Positions 10,573-23,071 of a DNA stretch of 64,000 bases are shown in pieces. The position numbers and the translations under genes were made by a program. The first letter of the stretch is position 1. Each line of letters opens with the position of its first letter. This DNA comes from Spirochaetota bacterium (lineage in GTDB: Bacteria; Spirochaetota; UBA4802; UBA5550), in contig OY760686.1 of NCBI GenBank assembly GCA_963663865.1, forward strand, positions 1,024,001 through 1,088,000, given 5' to 3'. The notes under the pieces are model-generated. The model was not told the origin of the DNA. It was given only the letters and a program-made list of their open reading frames with translations, and made no database searches.

Positions 10573-12298
10573 GTTTCTGCAAAAAAAGCTGGCGCTATCT
10601 AGAAAAGGTGCCGTGGACTTTTTAAAGGGAGTTTATATGACTACCCTTCTTGATATGGCGCTTATGATTCCTGCCATATATGTTTTCATGTTTCTGGATC
10701 AATATCTCAATTCGATGCCAGGGGCAAACTCGGCAGGTGACAATAGACTCCTCTTCTACACCCTTTTGGGCGCGGGATTTATGGTTGTTATGTACATTAT
10801 TGCTGTTTTTCAGTACAGGAGCACCTATACGACTATTTATGATGAAAGCGCGAATAGGCGAATCTCTCTTGCTGAAAAAATTCGTAAGCTTCCTCTTGCA
10901 TTTTTCGGAGAAAAGAATCTATCAGATCTAACTTCAACAATAATGGAGGACTGCACCGAGCTTGAACACACTTTTTCTCACGCGGTTCCTCAGCTTTACG
11001 CTTCAATTATTAGTGTTTTTATTATCGCAGCTGGCATGTTTTTCTACAACTGGCAGCTATCACTCGCTCTATTCTGGGTAGTACCGATTGCATTTGCGAT
11101 TGTTATGCTTTCCAGGAAAAAGCTGCACGATGAGAACAGAATACTCTATCGGGCGAAACGCGATGTAACCGAACGAATACAGGAAGGACTTGATAATGTT
11201 CAGGAGATCAAATCGTATTGCCGTGAGGATAGTTACATCAAGGAGTTAAGTGAAGCTGTTGACGGATATGAACGTCAGTTGATTAAAGGTGAACTTATGG
11301 CTGGCGCGATGGTAAATTCAGCGCAGAGTTTTTTGAAGCTGGGGCTTGCAACCGTTATTTTTTCGGGAGCCAATCTTCTTGCTTCCGGCAGCATTAATCT
11401 GTTTGTTTACCTTGTCTTTCTGATGGTTGGGTCGAGAATATTTAATCCAATCAGTGAGGTTTTTAACAATATGGCAGCATTATTCTATCTCGATATACGG
11501 ATCAACCGTATGAATGAGATGGAGTCTTTGAAAGTTCAGCAGGGTTCAACTGATTTCAGTCCTGTCAATTACGATATAACATTTGAAAACGTTGATTTTT
11601 CCTACGAGGCCGGACAGCCGGTTTTAAGGAATGTCTCTTTTTGTGCCAGACAGGGAGAGGTTACTGCGTTAATAGGACCATCAGGCAGCGGGAAAAGTAC
11701 GGCTGTAAAACTTGCGGGACGTTTCTGGGATATTGGAAGGGGTAAAATCCTTCTGGGTAATCACGATATTAGCCTTGTAGATCCTGAGTCTCTTTTAAAA
11801 TATTACTCAATTGTGTTTCAGGATGTTGTTTTGTTCAATACATCCATAATGGATAATATAAGAATCGGAAAGGCGGACGCGACTGATCAGGAGGTAATGC
11901 GAGCCGCTGCTCTGGCCCAGTGCGATGAATTTGTAGGGAGACTGGCCCAGGGTTACAAAACCGTAATAGGTGAGAACGGAGAAACTCTCTCTGGCGGAGA
12001 ACGACAGAGAATATCAATAGCACGTGCAATATTGAAGGATGCTCCTATTGTACTTCTTGATGAGGCTACAGCATCGCTCGATGTGGAGAATGAAACAAGA
12101 ATACAGAGCGCAATTTCCGAGCTCGTAAAAGACAAGACTGTCCTTATTATTGCGCACAGGATGCGGACAGTAGCATGCGCGGATAAGATTATAGCTCTAA
12201 AAAAAGGAGAGGTTGAAGAATGCGGTTCACCTGACGAACTTAAATCGAGAGGAGGGCTTTTCTCTAAAATGTTGGAAAGGCAGATGGTGGAAGTTTGA
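10565..12298 (+). CDS. ABC transporter permease/ATP-binding subunit, IrtB/YbtQ-like heterodimer half
   Basis: TMD followed by GPSGSGKS, LSGGERQR, LDEATASLDVENE; overlaps the upstream gene. Confidence 0.88.
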   Translation: MFEFLQKKLALSRKGAVDFLKGVYMTTLLDMALMIPAIYVFMFLDQYLNSMPGANSAGDNRLLFYTLLGAGFMVVMYIIAVFQYRSTYTTIYDESANRRISLAEKIRKLPLAFFGEKNLSDLTSTIMEDCTELEHTFSHAVPQLYASIISVFIIAAGMFFYNWQLSLALFWVVPIAFAIVMLSRKKLHDENRILYRAKRDVTERIQEGLDNVQEIKSYCREDSYIKELSEAVDGYERQLIKGELMAGAMVNSAQSFLKLGLATVIFSGANLLASGSINLFVYLVFLMVGSRIFNPISEVFNNMAALFYLDIRINRMNEMESLKVQQGSTDFSPVNYDITFENVDFSYEAGQPVLRNVSFCARQGEVTALIGPSGSGKSTAVKLAGRFWDIGRGKILLGNHDISLVDPESLLKYYSIVFQDVVLFNTSIMDNIRIGKADATDQEVMRAAALAQCDEFVGRLAQGYKTVIGENGETLSGGERQRISIARAILKDAPIVLLDEATASLDVENETRIQSAISELVKDKTVLIIAHRMRTVACADKIIALKKGEVEECGSPDELKSRGGLFSKMLERQMVEV

Positions 12299-12371
12299 AA
12301 AATAAAATTTTAATAAAGGTGTGCTGCCGCAGGCTTTAACTCGCTCAGCTGTGCGACTCGCTTTTTTTTAA

Positions 12372-12479
12372 GCAGGGAGCCTGCCGTCCATCTTCACACT
12401 GAGAGCGTGGCACTTTTTTGCCGCTTTTTGACCGGCAAAAAAGCGGCGGGGAAAGGCGTTTCTCAATCGCCGGAAGGGC
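12372..12479. repeat. Palindromic repeat unit, copy A
   Basis: GCAGGGAGCCTGCCG..TTCACACTGAGAGCGTG..GCCGCTTTTTGaccggcAAAAAAGCGGC..AAAGGCGTTTCTCAATCGCCGGAAGGGC; both ends recur at 13785-13961. Confidence 0.8.
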
Positions 12480-12515
12480 GGAGTTGCCGCGGGTTTATGT
12501 TCAGCTGTGCTGCGT

Positions 12516-12600
12516 CATTTTTCACACTGGGAGTGTGAGACCTTTTTTCGTTACTTTCTTTTTTTGAGCCAAAAAAGAAAGTAACCAAAGAAAAAGGGCT
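12516..12600. repeat. Palindromic repeat unit, copy B (tandem with copy A)
   Basis: CATTTTTCACACTGGGAGTGTGAGAC..GTTACTTTCTTTTTT..AAAAAAGAAAGTAAC. Confidence 0.75.
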
Positions 12601-12795
12601 CCCCTGCGCGGGGGGCGATGGGACATCCATGTCCTAAGAATTAGTTACTGTGAATTAATCCAGCGAATGATAGCTTTATTATGTCAGGCTCCTTCGGAGC
12701 CGGAAAGCGCAGCGTCCTGCTGCGCTTGAGTGATTATGTATTTTGGCTATATTACGTTATCATATTGATTTAATCGCCATTAGGTTCCGGCACCC

Positions 12796-12826
12796 GGTAG
12801 AGCCGCCCAATTTGGGCGGCTCTACC
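12796..12826. repeat. REP-like GTAG palindrome
   Basis: GGTAGAGCCGCCCAA-t-TTGGGCGGCTCTACC, a perfect inverted repeat with GTAG/CTAC ends. Confidence 0.65.
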
Positions 12827-13219
12827 TCACCGAGACACGCAGCGCACCGCGGATGATAAGATGAGTCGGAAAGGCGAAGGCCTAAACATTGGCGGCGTTT
12901 TTTTTGGCCTACTTTTCTTTCTAAAAGAAAAGTGGTGAGAAAAGGGACAACGCGCTCCGTGCGTAAGAGGTAGTACGCTCTGTACAAAAAAGCCTCATTG
13001 GTGAAAAGTTTTAAATACTGCTTGAAAAAATGAAAAGAAGGATGAGTGTAAAGGTCGTACTCAACGACAACGGATTTCTGATGAGCTGCATGGAGTAAAG
13101 GTCTTGCGGCGATATATGGTTAGAAGAAAGGAGAAAAAATTATACTATAACCGACTGTAAACGTTATCTGGATTATAGACTGAAATTATTGAGGCAGATT
13201 GTTATCATTATTATGATAT

Positions 13220-13759
13220 ATGGTTAAGGTGATTATTGTGAATGAGATTATTCCATCTGAACAGGTATTGAACAGAATCTATCTTGTACGATCAGTTAAA
13301 GTTATGCTTGATTATGATCTGGCAAAACTGTATAATATTGAAACAAAGGTTCTGAAACAGGCGGTTAGAAGGAATATCAAACGTTTTCCGGATGATTTCA
13401 TGTTTGAACTGTCAAAGGATGAATATGACGTTTTGAGGTCACAGATTGTGACCTCAAACAGAGGCGGGACAAGATATTTGCCAATGGCTTTTACCGAGCA
13501 GGGAGTTGCCATGCTTTCATCGGTTTTAAATGGTGACAGGGCTGTACAGGTTAATATACAGATTATGAGAGCATTTATTCAGCTCAGGAAAATGATTTAC
13601 TCAAATGATGCTTTAAATAAGAAAATTGAATCACTTGAGCGGAAATATGATAATCAGTTCCGCATTGTTTTTCAGGCTATAAAAAGGTTGTTAAAAGATG
13701 ATGAGAATCGGCATGTGAAAACGATTGGTTTTAAAATGGATAATGGCAAGAAAAAATGA
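13220..13759 (+). CDS. ORF6N-domain DNA-binding protein
   Basis: IYLVR..KVMLDYDLAKLY..ETKVLKQAVRRNIKRFPDDFMFEL, AFTEQGVAMLSSVL. Confidence 0.9.
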   Translation: MVKVIIVNEIIPSEQVLNRIYLVRSVKVMLDYDLAKLYNIETKVLKQAVRRNIKRFPDDFMFELSKDEYDVLRSQIVTSNRGGTRYLPMAFTEQGVAMLSSVLNGDRAVQVNIQIMRAFIQLRKMIYSNDALNKKIESLERKYDNQFRIVFQAIKRLLKDDENRHVKTIGFKMDNGKKK

Positions 13760-13784
13760 TTGCTGATGATACACTGCATTTTTG

Positions 13785-13961
13785 GCAGGGTGCCTGCCGA
13801 CCATTTTTCACACTGAGAGTGTGAGACTTTTTTTCGGGACGGTCTTGATCGTTCCCTACCATTGTTTTCTGTGCGGAGCGCACGGGCTTTTTTTTGGCCA
13901 CTTTTTTGTTGCGCCACAAAAAAGTGGCCAAAAAAAGGCGTTCCTCAATCTCCGGAAGGGC
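13785..13961. repeat. Palindromic repeat unit, copy C
   Basis: GCAGGGTGCCTGCCG..TTCACACTGAGAGTGTGAGAC..TGGCCACTTTTTTGT..ACAAAAAAGTGGCCA..AAAGGCGTTCCTCAATCTCCGGAAGGGC. Confidence 0.8.
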
Positions 13962-14037
13962 TGGCTTTTGCAGTTAGCATACTATTTCAACGCCGTTATC
14001 ATCATCCTGATGAAACGGCGCCCGGGCGATTTGTTCC

Positions 14038-16002
<1,965 letters not shown>

Positions 16003-16311
16003 CATGCAAATCGCACTGGTAATATTGTTAAAGTACGATGCCTGCAGTTTCTTAATTCCGCCATTGTGTTCCAGTCAGCCGATGGTATTTTCGAGGTCCT
16101 GGCGGCCATCGGAACTAAAACATCCTGTTTGTCGGACTGCATCGCAGGAGGCTAAGGAAAACAAAGATATTGATGTTGAGAACAGTCAATATTTCTCCGC
16201 ATAATCCAACGAATCCGTTTTTTGCGGATATTCTGTCAGGTTTACGCGCCCCGTGGTAAAGGGAAGACGCTTCGAAAAAAAATTACAACCCTATGGATTC
16301 AGGGAATATAC

Positions 16312-18483
16312 CTATTTTAGCCTTGATGTATAGATATATGACGTGTCGTATTCATTCTGCCCCCATGCAGCAATAATATTACCCTCAGAATCAGATGCAA
16401 TTATTGGATTTCCAACATTTCCCGTTCCGGTTTCAACTGGACCTGCTGCTTTCCAGCCAAATCCATTCAGGTATTGGTTTGAATAGATATAATGAGTTTG
16501 TTTGATAGTCTTTTTCCATATTGCTGTTGCATTTCCCTCAGAGTCGAAGACAACCCTGGGATTGATAGACTTTCCATCAAGTGTTTCAATAATTTCAGGG
16601 CAGCCCCATCCGGATACTCTTGTGTAGTAGTTTGCCCAGATAGCAGTTTTGTCTGCATAACTCTGCTCCCAGATAGCTATTGCATTGCCCTCAGTGTCAA
16701 AGGATACTTGAGGGTTACTGCCGCCGTTAAAATCTTCGCAGTTAGAAACTTGCTCGGCTGAAGACCAGCCGTTATTTACTGAATATCGGCTTGCATAGAT
16801 ATCAATTGTGTATCCATTTAACTTTGCCCAGACAACCAGAGCATTGGAATTATTATCAAAGGCTACTCTCAGAGGTCCGGCATTACTGGTACCGCAATTC
16901 TCAATAATTTCAGCTGCGCTCCATCCTGAGCCTGGTGTGTATCGTTTACACAAAATATCAATTGTGTTAGTGATATAATCATTATGGATCCAGACAACGA
17001 TTGCTGAACCATTTTTATCGAATGCTATCTGAGGGCTATATAAAAAACTGAGGGTATCGTAAATGGTATCAGGGGTGCCCCAGCCTGTATCCGGTGAGAA
17101 GTGGTTAATCCAGATTTGATTAAAAACACGCCACACAGCGATTGCATTCCCATTACAGTCCATTGCAATTTGATGTTCGGTTGCGCCGCCGGAATTGGTA
17201 CAGATTAATTCAGCTGAATCCCATCCTGATTCCGGAGAATAACTGTCTGTACGGGTATAATTAATTCTTCCGTTTGCACACCAGGATATAAATCCTTCAC
17301 CAGTCTCAGAAAAGACAATTTGCGGATTGTCGGGTTTCATATCGCTGTATTCAACAGCTTCAGCAGGGCCCCATCCAGACCCTTCCATATATCGATTTGC
17401 ATAGAGGCTTGGGAATGATTCATCATCATGGCGGTCTTCCCATACGATGGTTGCGCAGTCGTTAATGTCAAAGGCAAGCTGAAGGTTGACAGGAAGGATG
17501 TCTGAGTTAGAAATGATTTCTTTTGTTCCCCATGTTTTTAAGTAAACAACATTCAGGGTAAAACTTTTCTCAGCAACTGCTTCGCCTCTGGTAACGGTTG
17601 CTGTAAGAACAACTGTAGCTTCAACGGTGTTTATCACTGTTCCATCAGGGGCTATTACAGAATTATTGCTTGAATACCATGTGACATTGGTGTCATTCGG
17701 GCCTCTTGTGGAGAGCGAAATATCTCTTGTGACGCTCAATGCATTGTCTCTATCAGCATATATAATTTCAAGATTATCAGTGTCTTCTTGAACAGCTTCA
17801 TCATCAGTGGGCGGTATCTGTTTCACGATTAGTGAAAACTCGACAATATCTGTCACTTCTCCCTTTGCGACAGTAGCAGTGAGCAGCACAATAATGTCCC
17901 CAGAACCGAAGAATGGTCTAAATACTGTTCCGTCAGGAGCTATTACAGAGTTGTTGCCTGATGTCCAAGTGACAGTTGTACCGTTAGGCCCAATAGCGGG
18001 AAGAATAACATTTGTTGTTACGCTCCTTGAATTGTCATTTCCCGCATATGTTATTTCAAGATTATTTGCGTCTTCTTCAACAGCCTGTTTGTCAGTTTGA
18101 GGGCTTTCTTTAACGGTTAGTGAAAATATAACAATGCTTTTTTCATCGCCCTTTGAGACGGTTGCAGTCAGTATTGCTACACTATCTCCTGCCCCATATG
18201 GTGGTCTTGACACCCTTCCTTTAGAGTCAATTACATAGTCTTTATCGGATTCCCATGTAACAGTTGAACCGTTATTGCATATAACAGGTAATATTATATT
18301 GCCAGTGATTGAGTCTGAGCTGTCGGAATTGTTGAATATTATTTCCAGTGATTGTGTATCGACTGTTACTGCTTCTAAATCACTGAGTGCCCTGTTTGAG
18401 GCATCATCCGAGTTATAGCAGGCCGAAGTTAAAAGAAGTGATATGCATATAATAGACGTTGTAAAATGGATGATATTTTTCAT
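16312..18483 (-). CDS. Surface lipoprotein with three Ig-like repeats and a C-terminal Trp-rich beta-repeat region
   Basis: Lipobox LTSAC; three ~95-aa repeats (LEI.Y..D...SVT..I.L..G.N.T.VTW.S..VI..DG.V); repeated P..AFD..GNA..VW..Y....GW units. Confidence 0.7.
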   Translation of the reverse strand: MKNIIHFTTSIICISLLLTSACYNSDDASNRALSDLEAVTVDTQSLEIIFNNSDSSDSITGNIILPVICNNGSTVTWESDKDYVIDSKGRVSRPPYGAGDSVAILTATVSKGDEKSIVIFSLTVKESPQTDKQAVEEDANNLEITYAGNDNSRSVTTNVILPAIGPNGTTVTWTSGNNSVIAPDGTVFRPFFGSGDIIVLLTATVAKGEVTDIVEFSLIVKQIPPTDDEAVQEDTDNLEIIYADRDNALSVTRDISLSTRGPNDTNVTWYSSNNSVIAPDGTVINTVEATVVLTATVTRGEAVAEKSFTLNVVYLKTWGTKEIISNSDILPVNLQLAFDINDCATIVWEDRHDDESFPSLYANRYMEGSGWGPAEAVEYSDMKPDNPQIVFSETGEGFISWCANGRINYTRTDSYSPESGWDSAELICTNSGGATEHQIAMDCNGNAIAVWRVFNQIWINHFSPDTGWGTPDTIYDTLSFLYSPQIAFDKNGSAIVVWIHNDYITNTIDILCKRYTPGSGWSAAEIIENCGTSNAGPLRVAFDNNSNALVVWAKLNGYTIDIYASRYSVNNGWSSAEQVSNCEDFNGGSNPQVSFDTEGNAIAIWEQSYADKTAIWANYYTRVSGWGCPEIIETLDGKSINPRVVFDSEGNATAIWKKTIKQTHYIYSNQYLNGFGWKAAGPVETGTGNVGNPIIASDSEGNIIAAWGQNEYDTSYIYTSRLK

Positions 18484-18608
18484 TACAATCACCTCTGATT
18501 ATCCGATTAAAAATAATATAATCGAATTACAACTGGAATTAATATTCAATTATTTTTTAGTATTGACGCTATAAAAATTTATAATTATTTAATAATCATG
18601 GTGAAAAA

Positions 18609-19319
18609 ATGAGCGAAATTATAAAACAAATCAGAGGCGAGCTTCTTCGATTGTCGGACGATGCTGTAAGAGACAGCGGAAGCCGTTTTTTTAAGGAGGA
18701 GGTGAAAATTTACGGAGTCAGGACTGCCCTTGTTACAAAGACAGCGAAGGAATTTTGGAAGAGTATAAAATCCAGTTCTAAAGATGAAGTCTTTTCCCTG
18801 TGCGAAATACTCTGGAAATCGGGCTACATGGAAGAGTCGGGCATAGCCTGCACGTGGGCGTACGAGTTGCGAAAGCAATACACTGAAGACGATTTCGCAA
18901 TATTTGAACGTTGGGTAAATAACTATGTGAGCAACTGGGCTGCCTGCGATACTCTCTGCAACCATACCGTCGCTGCATTTATAGAAGCTTTCCCAGGTTA
19001 TATTGATAAGCTGAAGGAATGGGCCCGGTCAGAGAACCGGTGGGTGAAGCGGGCTTCTGCAGTGACATTGATTATTCCGGCGCGAAAAGGAATTTTCCGC
19101 CGACAAATTTTTGAGATTGCTGATATCCTTCTGATGGATAATGATGACCTTGTCCAAAAAGGCTACGGATGGATGCTCAAGGCCGCATCGGAGTTTGACA
19201 GCGGTGATGTCTTCGAGTATGTCCTCAGGAATAAGGGGGTAATGCCCCGCACTGCCTTAAGGTACGCTATTGAAAAGATGCCCTCAGAGATGAGAAAAGC
19301 TGCGATGAGCAAAGGTTGA
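18609..19319 (+). CDS. alkD: DNA alkylation repair protein, AlkD family
   Basis: YGVR, NWAACD, WARSENRWVKR, DDLVQKGYGWMLK, MPRTALRYAIEK. Confidence 0.85.
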   Translation: MSEIIKQIRGELLRLSDDAVRDSGSRFFKEEVKIYGVRTALVTKTAKEFWKSIKSSSKDEVFSLCEILWKSGYMEESGIACTWAYELRKQYTEDDFAIFERWVNNYVSNWAACDTLCNHTVAAFIEAFPGYIDKLKEWARSENRWVKRASAVTLIIPARKGIFRRQIFEIADILLMDNDDLVQKGYGWMLKAASEFDSGDVFEYVLRNKGVMPRTALRYAIEKMPSEMRKAAMSKG

Positions 19320-19388
19320 TATCCCTCCCCCTGAATAAAAAAGAATACATGTTGCAATTTGCCGTCTGATATAGCTGATTGTAAAACT

Positions 19389-20438
19389 ATGAAAATAAAC
19401 AGCTTTTACAACCTCTCGCCTGACGCGGTTATCAATGCTCTTGAAAAAGAAGGGTTTGACCTGACAGGCCACTGTATGCCGCTCAACAGCTACGAAAACA
19501 GGGTGTACGACCTCCGCTGTGAAGACGGCTCTCATATTGTTGCAAAGTTTTACAGGCCAGGGCGCTGGACACAAGAGCAGATTCTCGAAGAACACGCCTT
19601 TTTGTACGAGCTTGAGGAGAACGAGATACCTGTTTGCGCACCGCTTCGATTCGCGGACGGCGGGTCGCTGCACATAGACGGAGGTATTTTTTACGCCGCC
19701 TGGCCACGAACAGGCGGGCGCGCGGCCGATGAGCTCACGGACAGTGACCTTGAAATACTTGGAAGGATGCTGGCGCGTATTCACAACAACGGGGCGATAA
19801 AGTCCGCTCCTGCAAGGATGAAGCTCTCCGCGCGGGCGTTTGCGCTCGACCCGCTTGATTTCCTGCTTCATGGCAATTATATACCGGACAATCTGCGAAC
19901 CCGATATTCTGAAGCCGTCTATCAAATTGCTGAAATGTACGAGAGCGCTTCAGCGGGAGTGCCGGCGCACAGGATTCACGGTGACTGTCACCTGGGGAAT
20001 CTTCTTTCGGGGAGCAGGGGATGGTTCTTTCTCGATTTCGACGATTTCCTGACTGGCCCTGCTGTCCAGGATGTGTGGATGCTGGTTCCTGCCAGGGATA
20101 GAGAGGGCCTCAGGCAGAGGGGCGTTTTCCTGGAGGCATACAGGCAGTTCCGGGATTTTGATTCGGCTTGGCTCAACCTGATTGAGCCGCTCAGAGCGAT
20201 GAGATATATCAGGCATTCGGCCTGGCTGGCGGCCAGATGGATCGACCCGGCCTTCCCGAGGGCCTTTCCGTATTTCGGAACCAATGAGTACTGGCACAGA
20301 GAGACTACTGACCTTGAGGAGCAGATTGCTCACTGCCGATGCAATGTGCCATGCTTTATGGGTCCCGCAGACGGCGGCGTGGAAGAAGAAAGAGAGCTCA
20401 CTAACAGTGATTTTTTCTGGGACTACGACGACAGATAA
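19389..20438 (+). CDS. srkA: Stress-response Ser/Thr kinase SrkA/RdoA
   Basis: LNSYENRVY, KFYRPGRW, HGDCHLGN, DFDD, GPAVQD, DPAFPRAFP. Confidence 0.93.
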   Translation: MKINSFYNLSPDAVINALEKEGFDLTGHCMPLNSYENRVYDLRCEDGSHIVAKFYRPGRWTQEQILEEHAFLYELEENEIPVCAPLRFADGGSLHIDGGIFYAAWPRTGGRAADELTDSDLEILGRMLARIHNNGAIKSAPARMKLSARAFALDPLDFLLHGNYIPDNLRTRYSEAVYQIAEMYESASAGVPAHRIHGDCHLGNLLSGSRGWFFLDFDDFLTGPAVQDVWMLVPARDREGLRQRGVFLEAYRQFRDFDSAWLNLIEPLRAMRYIRHSAWLAARWIDPAFPRAFPYFGTNEYWHRETTDLEEQIAHCRCNVPCFMGPADGGVEEERELTNSDFFWDYDDR

Positions 20439-20468
20439 TGGCTCCCTACTTTACGCGCAATGATCGAC

Positions 20469-22967
20469 TCAATCCGAATGAGTAATTTTTACAGGGCTCA
20501 CTTTCCAGATGTCCCGCGCGTATTCACTGATTGTCCGGTCTGATGAGAACTTGCCCATTCCCGCCGCGTTGAGAATTGAAAGCCTTGCCCATCTTCGTGT
20601 ATCCTGCCATGTGTCGGAGACCTCGTTTTGACAGTTGATATATGACTCATAGTCGGCGAAGAGGCAGTACTGGTCGCCGTGATAGAGAAGTGACTCCATC
20701 ACCGGTCTGAATATGTCTGGATTATCCCGTGAATATTCACCATTCCATATCTGGTCTATGACGCGCTTCAGCTCAGGGATCCGGCTATAATACGAATAGG
20801 GGTTGTAAGCGCTCTGTTTGAGGGCGCTGACCTCGTCCGCGTTCATGCCGAAGATGAAGAAGTTCTCTTTCCCGACTTCTTCAGACATCTCAACATTTGC
20901 TCCATCCATTGTTCCAATTGTCAGAGCGCCGTTTAACGACAGCTTCATGTTGCCTGTTCCGGAAGCCTCCATTCCGGCGGTCGATATCTGTTCTGAGAGA
21001 TCGGCGCCCGGAATAATCTTTTCAGCGTTGGATACAGCATAGTTTCTGAGAAAGATTATTTTTAAGAGATTTTTGGCGTCCGGATCGGAGTTAACGGTTT
21101 CTGCCACTGAATTGATCAGTTTGATTATCAGCTTGGCGATATAGTATCCGGGGGCGGCTTTCCCAGCGAAGATGATTGTTCTGGGTACAAATGCCCCGCC
21201 GGGATTGTCCTTAATGCGGTTGTAAAGGGTTGCGGCGTGGAGCAGGTTAAGAAGCTGTCTTTTGTATTCGTGAATTCTCTTTACCTGAACGTCGAACATC
21301 GATTGAGGATCGACCTTTATGCCGTTTCTGCTGTTGATGTATTCTGAAACAGTGTCCTTATTAGCCTGTTTAACCTTCATCCATTCAGTCTGAAAACCGG
21401 AGTCGTCAGCAATATCCCTCAGTTTTTTTAATTCACTCAAGTCTGTTGTCCACTTTTCACCTATCGCTTCGGTTATAAGCTCCGCGAGACGGGGATTGCA
21501 GAGCTTCAGCCAGCGGCGCTGGGTAATGCCGTTAGTTTTGTTGTTGAACTTTTCAGGATAAACTTTGTTGAATTCCGGGAATATAGTTTCCCTGATTATC
21601 CTTGTGTGCAGGGCGGCTACACCGTTTATAGAATGGCTTCCTATTATTGCGAGATTTGCCATTCTTACTTTTTTGTTTTCTCCCTCCTCAATGACAGAGA
21701 GGTTCCTTATCATCTGGTGCTCGCCGGGATATTTAGAGTACATATCTTTCAGAAAAATATCGTTAATACGGTATATTATCTGGAGATGACGCGGCAGAAC
21801 CTTTTCAATCAGGCACACAGGCCAGCGCTCAAGCGCCTCAGGAAGAACTGTGTGGTTTGTATAACCGAAGGCACGCACTGTAATGTTCCAGGCCTTATCC
21901 CAATCCATGTTTTCAATATCGACAAGCCTTCTCATCAGCTCCGGAATGGCAATGGCGGGGTGGGTGTCGTTTAGCTGAACGGCCGTTTTCTCATGAAAGT
22001 TGTCAAGGGTTGGATAGGCTTTCTTGTGTCTCCTTATTATATCCTGTATGGTTGCTGAAACGAAAAAGTATTCCTGTTTGAGCCGGAGTTCTTTCCCCTC
22101 AAAAACATTGTCGTTAGGATAAAGAACCCTCGTGATGTTTTCAGTGACGGACTTGTCCGATACCGCCTTTTCATAGTCTCCGCTGTTGAAGTAATCCAGA
22201 TTGAATTCGCGCGACGACTTTGCGGACCATAACCTGAGGTTGTTGACTGTTCCGTTCCTGTAACCCGGCACGGGCGTGTCGTAGGCCATGGCCATCACGG
22301 TCTCAGTGTTTACCCATCTGTGTCGGACGCATCCGCTGCTGTCGGTGTACTCCTCAACGTTTCCGTAAAACTCAACCGGGTAAAGATGTCCGGGCCTGGG
22401 AAACTCCCAGAAGTTGCCCAGCCTGAGCCAGTTGTCAGGCGATTCAACCTGATACCCGTCAATGATTTTCTGAAAGAAGATACCATAATCATATCTAATT
22501 CCGTAGCCTATTGAAGGTATCTCAAGTGTGGCCAGCGAGTCCATGAAGCAGGCAGCGAGACGGCCCAGGCCGCCGTTTCCAAGACCCGCGTCCCATTCCT
22601 GCTCCCTCAGCTCTTCAAGGTCGTATCCGAGTTCCTTCATCGCGTCTGCCGCTTTTCCGTACAGGCCAAGGTTAATGAGGCTGTTGCCGAGCGTCCGTCC
22701 GATGAGAAATTCAAGCGAAAGATAGTAAACCCTCTTCGCTTCTTTATTGTAATATGACTGCTGTGTGTTTATCCATTTTTCTATCAGCCTGTCCCTGACG
22801 AGAAGCGCCATGCTCGCGTAGCCATCGTGTGGTGTCACTGTGTATTCGTCTTTGGCAAGGGAATATTCGAGATGATTGACGAATGAATTTTTAATAGACT
22901 CTTTGTCGTTTCTCATGAGATCGTTGGTCGAAGGGGTGAGTGAACCTTTTAATATTTTCTCTGACAT
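20469..22967 (-). CDS. glgP: Glycogen phosphorylase
   Basis: GLGNGGLGRLAACF, QLNDTHP, KRIHEYKRQ, EASGTGNMK; GGAGG RBS before ATG 22967. Confidence 0.97.
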   Translation of the reverse strand: MSEKILKGSLTPSTNDLMRNDKESIKNSFVNHLEYSLAKDEYTVTPHDGYASMALLVRDRLIEKWINTQQSYYNKEAKRVYYLSLEFLIGRTLGNSLINLGLYGKAADAMKELGYDLEELREQEWDAGLGNGGLGRLAACFMDSLATLEIPSIGYGIRYDYGIFFQKIIDGYQVESPDNWLRLGNFWEFPRPGHLYPVEFYGNVEEYTDSSGCVRHRWVNTETVMAMAYDTPVPGYRNGTVNNLRLWSAKSSREFNLDYFNSGDYEKAVSDKSVTENITRVLYPNDNVFEGKELRLKQEYFFVSATIQDIIRRHKKAYPTLDNFHEKTAVQLNDTHPAIAIPELMRRLVDIENMDWDKAWNITVRAFGYTNHTVLPEALERWPVCLIEKVLPRHLQIIYRINDIFLKDMYSKYPGEHQMIRNLSVIEEGENKKVRMANLAIIGSHSINGVAALHTRIIRETIFPEFNKVYPEKFNNKTNGITQRRWLKLCNPRLAELITEAIGEKWTTDLSELKKLRDIADDSGFQTEWMKVKQANKDTVSEYINSRNGIKVDPQSMFDVQVKRIHEYKRQLLNLLHAATLYNRIKDNPGGAFVPRTIIFAGKAAPGYYIAKLIIKLINSVAETVNSDPDAKNLLKIIFLRNYAVSNAEKIIPGADLSEQISTAGMEASGTGNMKLSLNGALTIGTMDGANVEMSEEVGKENFFIFGMNADEVSALKQSAYNPYSYYSRIPELKRVIDQIWNGEYSRDNPDIFRPVMESLLYHGDQYCLFADYESYINCQNEVSDTWQDTRRWARLSILNAAGMGKFSSDRTISEYARDIWKVSPVKITHSD

Positions 22968-23071
22968 AAGTCCTCCCCGCAAAGGATAGCACAGTCCATT
23001 GCGGGGAAATTGTATCATTGATTTTTGCTGCTGTCAATAGGCGACTTTCACGTATTTGTAAATGCGTGATA

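Noticed and set aside
12300-14037. Integron attC array or CRISPR array
   Set aside because: No consistent RYYYAAC/GTTRRRY boxes, no integrase, and no regular repeat-spacer periodicity
16012-16016. Canonical GTGCG as the intron 5' end
   Set aside because: It is one arm of the target hairpin; the 16002 boundary restores the palindrome and matches the usual GYGCGCC..GGCG opening. Not fully excluded
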